Assembly (NCBI GenBank): GCA_965218585.1
Contig: CBDCLE010000005.1
Span: 136,320 to 200,319 of the forward strand
Origin: Terriglobia bacterium
GTDB lineage: Bacteria > Acidobacteriota > Terriglobia > 20CM-2-55-15
DNA: 64,000 nucleotides
Direction of reading: 5' to 3'
Shown here in pieces: positions 57,194-64,000 of this stretch (its first letter is position 1; every line of letters starts with the position of its first letter). The notes under the pieces are model-generated. The model searched no databases. It had not been told where the DNA came from and was given only the letters and a program-made list of their open reading frames with translations. Made by a program: the position numbers and the translations under genes.

Positions 57194-58294
57194 ATGGCGG
57201 AGTACAAACGAACAGCGCTTTACGACCTTCATGTCGCCATGGGTGCGCGAATGGTTCCCTTTGGCGGTTGGGAAATGCCGGTTGAATACTCCGGGATTTC
57301 GAAGGAGCATCAGGCCGTACGCCAGGCGGTGGGTATTTTCGATGTCAGCCATATGGGGGAGTTCTTCGTGCGGGGCCCTCGTGCCCTGGACTTCTTACAG
57401 CAGGTCACAACAAATGACGCGGCCCGACTCTCCGACGGGGGTGCGCAGTATACGGTCATGGCTACAGAAGAAGGCACGGCAGTTGACGATCTCCTCGTGT
57501 ACCGACTGGCGTCGGATCACTACATACTGGTTGTCAACGCAGGCAACACGGACTCCGACTTCCAGTGGTTGAGCGCGCAGAATGATGTCGGCGTCGAACT
57601 GGAGGACGTCAGCGATGAAACCGCGTTGCTGGCGATTCAGGGACCGCGCGCAGAGGAGTTGCTCCAGGCTCTGACCGACGCCGACCTGTCAGGTGTGTCT
57701 TCTTTTCGCTTTGTCCGGACCCGCGTTGGGGAGATCCACGGCATACTCTCCAGAACCGGGTATACCGGCGAGGATGGTTTCGAATTCTACTTTCCCAGCC
57801 CGGCTGCCCCGAGCGTCTGGAAGATGCTTGTGGATGCGGGGAAATCTTTCGCGATGCTGCCGGCCGGCCTCGGGGCCCGCAACACGCTGCGCTTGGAAGC
57901 AGGCCTGTTGCTTTACGGTAACGATATGGATCGGACCACGACGCTCCTCGAAGCTGGTATAGGATGGGTCGTCAAGTTCGACAAGACAGACTTCACGGGA
58001 AGGGAGGCCCTCCTCGGGCAAAAGGAAAAAGGCGTCACGAGGAAACTGGCCGGTTTCCAGATGCTGGGCCGTGAGATAGCGCGTGACGGCTACCGGGTTT
58101 TGATAGATGGGGATCCGGTCGGTCATGTGACCAGCGGCGGGCCATCGATCACGTTGAAGAAGAACGTGGGTTTGGCGTATCTTCCCGTCGAGCATGCAGC
58201 CCATGGAACACGACTTCAGGTCGAGATCCGCAAGCGTATCGCAGATGCAGAAGTCGTTCCCACGCCATTTTACAAACGGAGACGGTTGGTATGA
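57194..58294 (+). CDS. gcvT: Glycine cleavage system T protein
   Basis: FGGWEMPVEY, FDVSHMGE, RTGYTGEDGFE and GLGARNTLRLEAG motifs. Confidence 0.97.
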   Translation: MAEYKRTALYDLHVAMGARMVPFGGWEMPVEYSGISKEHQAVRQAVGIFDVSHMGEFFVRGPRALDFLQQVTTNDAARLSDGGAQYTVMATEEGTAVDDLLVYRLASDHYILVVNAGNTDSDFQWLSAQNDVGVELEDVSDETALLAIQGPRAEELLQALTDADLSGVSSFRFVRTRVGEIHGILSRTGYTGEDGFEFYFPSPAAPSVWKMLVDAGKSFAMLPAGLGARNTLRLEAGLLLYGNDMDRTTTLLEAGIGWVVKFDKTDFTGREALLGQKEKGVTRKLAGFQMLGREIARDGYRVLIDGDPVGHVTSGGPSITLKKNVGLAYLPVEHAAHGTRLQVEIRKRIADAEVVPTPFYKRRRLV

Positions 58295-58683
58295 ATCCAG
58301 AAGATTTGCTCTACTCCAAGGAACATGAATGGGTCCGCGTCGAAGACGAAACGGCAACGATCGGCATCACCTCGCATGCGGAACAGGAGTTGGGAGACGT
58401 GGTTTACGTGGAGTTGCCAAAGGCCGGGAGTCAGTTCGACGCCAATGAAAGCTTTGGTACGGTTGAATCGGTCAAGGCAGTTTCAGAACTTTTCATGCCG
58501 GTCTCGGGCGAAGTCATCGAAGTCAATCAAGAGCTCGATCCAATGCCCGAAGTCATCAACGATGACGCCTATGGAAGGGGTTGGATGATCCGGGTCCGAA
58601 TGCGCGACCGGTCCGAACTCGACAACCTGCTTTCACGTGCGGAGTATGCGGAGCATACCGGGCAGTCTGGATCAGGATCTTAA
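58291..58683 (+). CDS. gcvH: Glycine cleavage system H protein
   Basis: YSKEHEW, LGDVVYVELP and lipoyl-Lys motif VESVKAVSE. Confidence 0.97.
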   Translation: MNPEDLLYSKEHEWVRVEDETATIGITSHAEQELGDVVYVELPKAGSQFDANESFGTVESVKAVSELFMPVSGEVIEVNQELDPMPEVINDDAYGRGWMIRVRMRDRSELDNLLSRAEYAEHTGQSGSGS

Positions 58684-58693
58684 GGGGTAGAGG

Positions 58694-60037
58694 TTGCGTT
58701 ACATTCCGAACTCCCCGACCGACAGGCAGCGAATGCTGACCGAAATCGGGGTCGATTCGGTCGAAGAACTGTTCGCCGGCATTCCCGACAGTCTTCGGCT
58801 CAATCGGCTTCTTGATCTCCCTCCAGCAATGACCGAGCCGGAACTGATCGAGTTCTTTGATTCGGCAGCGCGGCGCAACCGGACCCAGGCTCTGTCCTTT
58901 CTCGGCGCCGGTGTCTATCCCCACCTCGTTCCAGTTGTCGTAGACGCCCTGATTTCAAGGTCGGAGTTCTTCACAGCCTATACGCCGTATCAGGCCGAGA
59001 TCGCCCAGGGAACACTGCAGGCAATCTTCGAATTCCAAACCTTCATCACGCAGCTCACCGGTATGGATGTGGCCAATGCTTCTCTCTGGGACGGAAGCAC
59101 GGCGTTGGCCGAAGCTGTCCTGATGGCCCATCGGATCACCGACAAGAGTCATTTCCTCATCGCCCGATCCGTGCACCCGGAGTATCGGGAGGTCATCGAC
59201 ACTTACATCGAGCGGTTCGGAATTCACCTCGATACGATCGAGTTTTCCGAAACCGGCCAACTGGACATGGACCGATTGGAGTCCGCTCTGTCCCCGGACG
59301 TGGCCGGTGTCATCGTTCAGTCCCCGAACTTCCTGGGAACTGTCGAGAACGTCGAAGCGATTTCAGAGGCGGCACATCGTGACGGTGCGCTCTCGATCGT
59401 CAATATCTGTGAAGCAATGTCGTTGGGCATCCTGTCGCCGCCGGGCCGGTCGGTGACGGATGATGGGCGTGCGGACATCGTCGTCGGCGAGGCCCAGTCG
59501 CTGGGGATTCCCATGAATTACGGTGGCCCACATCTCGGATTTATCTCGACCCGTCAGAAATTTGTCCGGCAGGTGCCTGGCCGTCTTGTCGGTATGGGGC
59601 AGGACGGGGAACACCGCCGGGGTTTTGTCCTGACGCTCGCGACCCGGGAACAGCACATTCGGCGGGAAAAGGCGACTTCGAATATTTGCACGAATCAGTC
59701 GCTTTGCGCACTGATGACCACAGTTTTTCTTGCGCTGGCGGGCCCGAAGGGCTTAGCCCAGATCGCCTCGCAGAACGTGCAGAAGGCCGCCTACCTGCTG
59801 GAGAGAATCGACAAAGACACACCGCACGAAATTCCGTTCCACGGACCGCACTTCAACGAATTTGTCGTCAAACTGAAAGGCGATGCGTCCTCTGTCCTTT
59901 CCAGGCTGGAGGAATCCGGAATCGTTGCCGGTTTGCCCCTGGACCGGTTCTATCCGGAGCTAGAGAACTCTTTGCTCATTTGTGCGACCGAGATTCACAA
60001 GAAGGCAGACATGGACACATTGGTGGAGGCGATGTAG
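58694..60037 (+). CDS. gcvPA: Glycine dehydrogenase subunit 1
   Basis: FLGAGVY, TAYTPYQAEIAQG, NASLWDG and REQHIRREKATSNICTNQ motifs. Confidence 0.96.
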   Translation: MRYIPNSPTDRQRMLTEIGVDSVEELFAGIPDSLRLNRLLDLPPAMTEPELIEFFDSAARRNRTQALSFLGAGVYPHLVPVVVDALISRSEFFTAYTPYQAEIAQGTLQAIFEFQTFITQLTGMDVANASLWDGSTALAEAVLMAHRITDKSHFLIARSVHPEYREVIDTYIERFGIHLDTIEFSETGQLDMDRLESALSPDVAGVIVQSPNFLGTVENVEAISEAAHRDGALSIVNICEAMSLGILSPPGRSVTDDGRADIVVGEAQSLGIPMNYGGPHLGFISTRQKFVRQVPGRLVGMGQDGEHRRGFVLTLATREQHIRREKATSNICTNQSLCALMTTVFLALAGPKGLAQIASQNVQKAAYLLERIDKDTPHEIPFHGPHFNEFVVKLKGDASSVLSRLEESGIVAGLPLDRFYPELENSLLICATEIHKKADMDTLVEAM

Positions 60038-60039
60038 GG

Positions 60040-61518
60040 ATGAGTAAAACGGAAAGAGTGGAATCGCATTTCAGTCTGAACGAACCGCTGTTGTTCGAAA
60101 AAAGTTCGCCGGGACGACAAGCGTTCGAACTTCCCAAGTTGGACATCGAAGAGAAAGACATCGACACCCTGCTGCCTTCTGATCTGCGCCGGGAAGGCCT
60201 GGATGGGATGCCGGAATTGAGCGAGGGCGACGTCGTGCGCCACTTCACACGGCTGTCTACCTGGAACTACAGCATCGACCTTGGATTGTATCCTCTGGGT
60301 TCGTGCACGATGAAATACAACCCGCGGATCAACGAACGTGTGGCGCGTCTGGGAGGCTTCACCGAGAGCCATCCCTACATGCCGCCGGGTTGGGTTCAGG
60401 GCGCCCTCCAGATACAGAAAACCCTGGAAGACTGTCTTGCGGAAATCACGGGCATGAAGGCTCTCACGCTGCAGCCTGCAGCCGGCGCTCATGGTGAGTT
60501 GACCGGACTGCTGCTGATCCGCGCTTATCACGAAGCACGGGGAAAGCCGCGGAAAACGGTGATCATCCCGGATTCCGCCCACGGTACAAACCCTGCAAGC
60601 GTCACGATATCGGGATATGGTGTGCGGAAAGTCCAGAGTAATTCCAGCGGCACGATAGATTTCCAGCACCTGAAGACCCTGGTCGATGAAGACGTGGCCG
60701 GCATCATGATCACCAATCCGAACACATTGGGGATCTTTGAAAACGAAATCGAGGCAATCACTCGACTGCTTCACTCCAAGGGCGCCCTGGTTTACATGGA
60801 TGGCGCAAACCTGAACGCGATGATGGGCCTGACCCGCCCCGGGGATTTCGGCGTCGACGTTTTACACCTCAATCTCCACAAGACATTTACAACGCCGCAT
60901 GGCGGAGGGGGGCCTGGCAGTGGCCCTGTCGCGGTGGGAGAGGAATTGGAGCCGTTCCTGCCCATGCCTCGAATCGTACGAGGCGCGGATGGGGAGTATG
61001 GCTTTGACGATGACCGCCCGCAGTCGATCGGACGGGTCAAGGCGTTCACCGGTCAGTTCGGCATGCACGTGCGCGCCCTCGCCTATATCCTTGCCAACGG
61101 GGGGGCCGGGCTTCGTGAAGTGTCGGAAATCGCAGTCCTGAATGCCAACTACCTGCGGAAGAAGCTCGAGGGCAGGTACGATCTGCCTTACCGGGCAGGG
61201 TCTCTGCATGAAGTGGTCTTCTCCGATCGGCTCCAGAGAAAGAACGGCGTGGGGGTCGGAGATATCGGAAAGAGGCTCATGGACTACGGCTTCCACCCGC
61301 CGACGGTCTCGTTTCCGCTGATCGTTGCCGGCGCGATAATGATTGAACCAACAGAAACCGAGAGCATAGAAGAGTTAGACGCTTTTATTAAAGCGATGCT
61401 TGAGATTGCGGACGAGGCGGAACAGGATCCGGAAAAGGTCAAGACGGCACCCCACACGACGCGGGTCGGACGGATCGACGAGGCTGGGGCAGCTCGCAGA
61501 CCTGTTCTTCGCTGGTAG
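60040..61518 (+). CDS. gcvPB: Glycine dehydrogenase subunit 2
   Basis: YPLGSCTMKYNP, QPAAGAHGE, SAHGTNPAS, HLNLHKTFTTPHGGGGPG and MIEPTETES motifs. Confidence 0.96.
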   Translation: MSKTERVESHFSLNEPLLFEKSSPGRQAFELPKLDIEEKDIDTLLPSDLRREGLDGMPELSEGDVVRHFTRLSTWNYSIDLGLYPLGSCTMKYNPRINERVARLGGFTESHPYMPPGWVQGALQIQKTLEDCLAEITGMKALTLQPAAGAHGELTGLLLIRAYHEARGKPRKTVIIPDSAHGTNPASVTISGYGVRKVQSNSSGTIDFQHLKTLVDEDVAGIMITNPNTLGIFENEIEAITRLLHSKGALVYMDGANLNAMMGLTRPGDFGVDVLHLNLHKTFTTPHGGGGPGSGPVAVGEELEPFLPMPRIVRGADGEYGFDDDRPQSIGRVKAFTGQFGMHVRALAYILANGGAGLREVSEIAVLNANYLRKKLEGRYDLPYRAGSLHEVVFSDRLQRKNGVGVGDIGKRLMDYGFHPPTVSFPLIVAGAIMIEPTETESIEELDAFIKAMLEIADEAEQDPEKVKTAPHTTRVGRIDEAGAARRPVLRW

Positions 61519-61628
61519 CCGAATCAGGCATGACAGCTCTCAATCAGGATCGAGCCAGACTGTAACCATTTGACTTTCTAAAGCGTTAGAAGAGAGAGTA
61601 GCGGGAAGTTTGTCATGAGGAGAAAGAA

Positions 61629-64000
61629 GTGAGCCAGAGAGAAGGAAGGTCCCTGCCCCTCCTGGTGGTCCTGTTTATTGGCAGCGGCTGCGCCGCGCTT
61701 ATCTATGAGGTCGTCTGGTTCCAACTTCTCTCGCTCGTCATCGGCGCATCGTCGGTTTCACTGGGGGTTCTGCTGGGAACCTTCATGGGCGGCATGTGCC
61801 TGGGAAGCCTTCTCCTGCCCAGGCTGGTAGGGCCCAGGCACCATCCCCTGAAGGTCTACGCTTTCATGGAACTGGGGATCGGCGTGATCGGCGTCCTCAT
61901 TCTTTTCGCAATGCCCCTCGTTGGCGGTGTCTACACGGTGTGGGCCGGTTCCGGAATGCTGGGAATGGCTCTCCGGGCCATTGTAGCGGCGATCTGTCTG
62001 CTGCCGCCCACCATCCTGATGGGCGCGACCCTGCCGGCAATCGCCCGTTGGGTCGAAGCGACTCCTCGTGGAGTCTCGTGGATGGGATTCTTCTACGGCG
62101 GAAACATTGGTGGAGCCGTTCTGGGGAGCCTGCTAGCTGGTTTCTACCTTCTGCGCGTCTACGATGCCGTCGTAGCGACGTTCGTCGCCGTGGCCATCAA
62201 CTTTACAGTCGCCGGATTGAGTTTGTTCTTCGCAAGGACGCTGTCCTATGAGCCTGCTCCCGAAGCCGAACCCACCGAAGGAGCGGGGGCGGGGCCCGGC
62301 CAGCCGCTTGATCTACGTCACAATCGCCCTGTCGGGTATGACGGCTCTGGGCGCTGAAGTCATCTGGACCCGGCACCTGTCGATTCTTTTCGGAGCGACC
62401 GTCTATACGTTCTCGCTCATCCTGGCTGTTTTTTTATTGGGGCTTGGAATCGGGAGCAGCGCAGGTTCGTTTGCGGCCCGGACGCTCAAGGCTCCACGCG
62501 TGACCCTGGGGGCTTGCCAGCTGCTTCTGTGTGCCGGGATGGCCTGGGCGGCATTTTCCATTTCCGAATTCCTGCCCTTCTGGCCGCTGGACGTGACCCT
62601 GGATTCCGGTCCGGGTGTGGCGCTTCAGCTGGACATCATACGTGCGGTCTGGGCGCTCTTACCGGCAGCCGTGCTCTGGGGAGCCAGTTTCCCCCTGGCG
62701 CTTGCCTCTGCGGCTGACGAAGGACGCGACCCGGGGCGGCTCGTGGGTGGACTCTATGCCGCCAACACAGTCGGGGCCATCGTCGGATCCCTTGGCGCGA
62801 GCCTGGTCCTGGTAGTCTCCATCGGCAGCCAGAACTCCCAGCGACTGCTGATTTTCGCTTCCGCCGTATCCGGACTGTTGATGCTGGCTCCGGTCGCACT
62901 CTCGAGGCTGCGGCAATCCGGAATCAATTTTCAGCAACTGGCGCTCCCAGTTGCTGCCGCTGCGGTTGGCCTCCTCCTGATCGCCAGCGTGCCTGCTATT
63001 CCGGGCGAGTTCGTGGCCTATGGACGCTTCCTGCCCACCCGGGGTGCGGGCACTGAAGTGATTTACATGGGAGAGGGTCTCACGGCTTCGGTGGCAGTCA
63101 CGCGCCATCCGAGCGGCATTCTCAACTACCACAACGCTGGCAAGGTTCAGGCTTCGAGCTACGCACCCGACATGCGGCTGCAGAGGATGCTCGGGCATCT
63201 GGTGACGCTGGCCCCGGAAAACAATGACTCCTTTCTCGTGATTGGCCTGGGGGCGGGTGTGACGGCCGGTGCCGTCAGCATCGAACCTCAAGCCGAGCGA
63301 GTTGTCATTGCCGAAATCGAACCCCTCGTTCCCGAAGTCGTTTCCGAGTATTTCGGAGAATACAACTTCAACGTCGTTGACAATCCGAAGGTGGCCATTC
63401 ACATCGACGACGGGCGCCACTTTCTGCTGACGACCGATGAGACCTTTGACGGCATCACCTCCGATCCCCTCGACCCGTGGGTCAAGGGGGCGGCCGCGCT
63501 CTACACCGAAGAGTTCTGGACCCTGGTCAAGTCGCGCCTCAATCCAGGAGGCGTCGTTACCGTCTTCGTCCAGCTCTACGAGAGCACTGAAGAAGCGGTC
63601 AAGAGCGAAGTCGCCACGTTCCTGGAAGTTTTTCCAGACGGTGCGGTGTTTGCGAATACCATCGATGGGCAGGGTTACGATGTCGTTCTGTTTGGACAGG
63701 CGGATGATTCATTCTCGATCGACGTCGACCGCATCGAAGCCCGCCTCGCAACTCCCGAATACGCTGAGGTCTCCGACTCTCTCCGGGAAGTCGGATTCTT
63801 TTCGTTCACGGATCTGTTGGCAACCTATTCCGGTCAGGCCGATGACCTCGCGCCGTGGCTTGAGGGTGCACCGATCAATCGAGACCGTAACCTCCGTTTG
63901 CAGTACCTTGCCGGGCAGGGATTGAACCTCTATCAGGCCGACGTAATCTTCAGAAACATGGTGGCTTCGGGTGTCGATTTCCCCGAGCAACTCTTCGCCG
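61629..64000 (+). pseudogene. Fused membrane (MFS-like)/spermidine-synthase-like protein, frameshifted near 62285-62295 and running off the window
   Basis: First frame has SGCAALIYEVVW...LMGATLP. A +1 frame from about 62302 reads SRLIYVTIALSGMTALGAEVIWTR...IGLGAGVT...AEIEP...DDGRHF...DPLDPW and stays open to 64000. Confidence 0.8.

Overview
This is a GC-rich bacterial chromosomal window, most likely Acidobacteriota. That placement is inferred from the acidobacterial-type VWA and Hfq-like proteins and from the ccsA-hemA-hemC-hemD and S2P-trpS-scpA-scpB-rluB gene orders. Most of the window is intact housekeeping DNA: the mutS 3' end, nagZ, tsaC, rarA, heme synthesis, thiI-tmk-holB, pdxA, uppS-cdsA-dxr-rseP-fur, truA, aroB-ubiE, tatA/B-tatC, tRNA-Ala(CGC), map, ldcA-mpl and gcvT-H-PA-PB. 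The accessory content is: (i) a madL-madM-malonyl-CoA-synthetase-like cassette; (ii) a ~6.7 kb cluster of uncharacterised secreted proteins, comprising three CxxCH proteins, three His-rich beta-propellers and a DUF6152-like His-His protein with a Cys-conserved partner; the same pair recurs at 4.1-5.4 kb, and this cluster is the best candidate for an undescribed periplasmic metal/heme redox system; (iii) an IS701-family element inserted at a TAG stop codon; (iv) a family of GGGGACAG-core palindromic REP/REPIN-like repeats, plus an associated ~105-bp structured repeat; (v) a Ku gene without ligD in the window, coupled to yggS. Three reading-frame lesions (two frameshifts and one in-frame TGA) all fall in accessory genes. 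Several genes carry an extended -10 box 6-9 nt before the start codon, suggesting leaderless mRNAs. All family calls come from motif recognition by eye; no searches were run.
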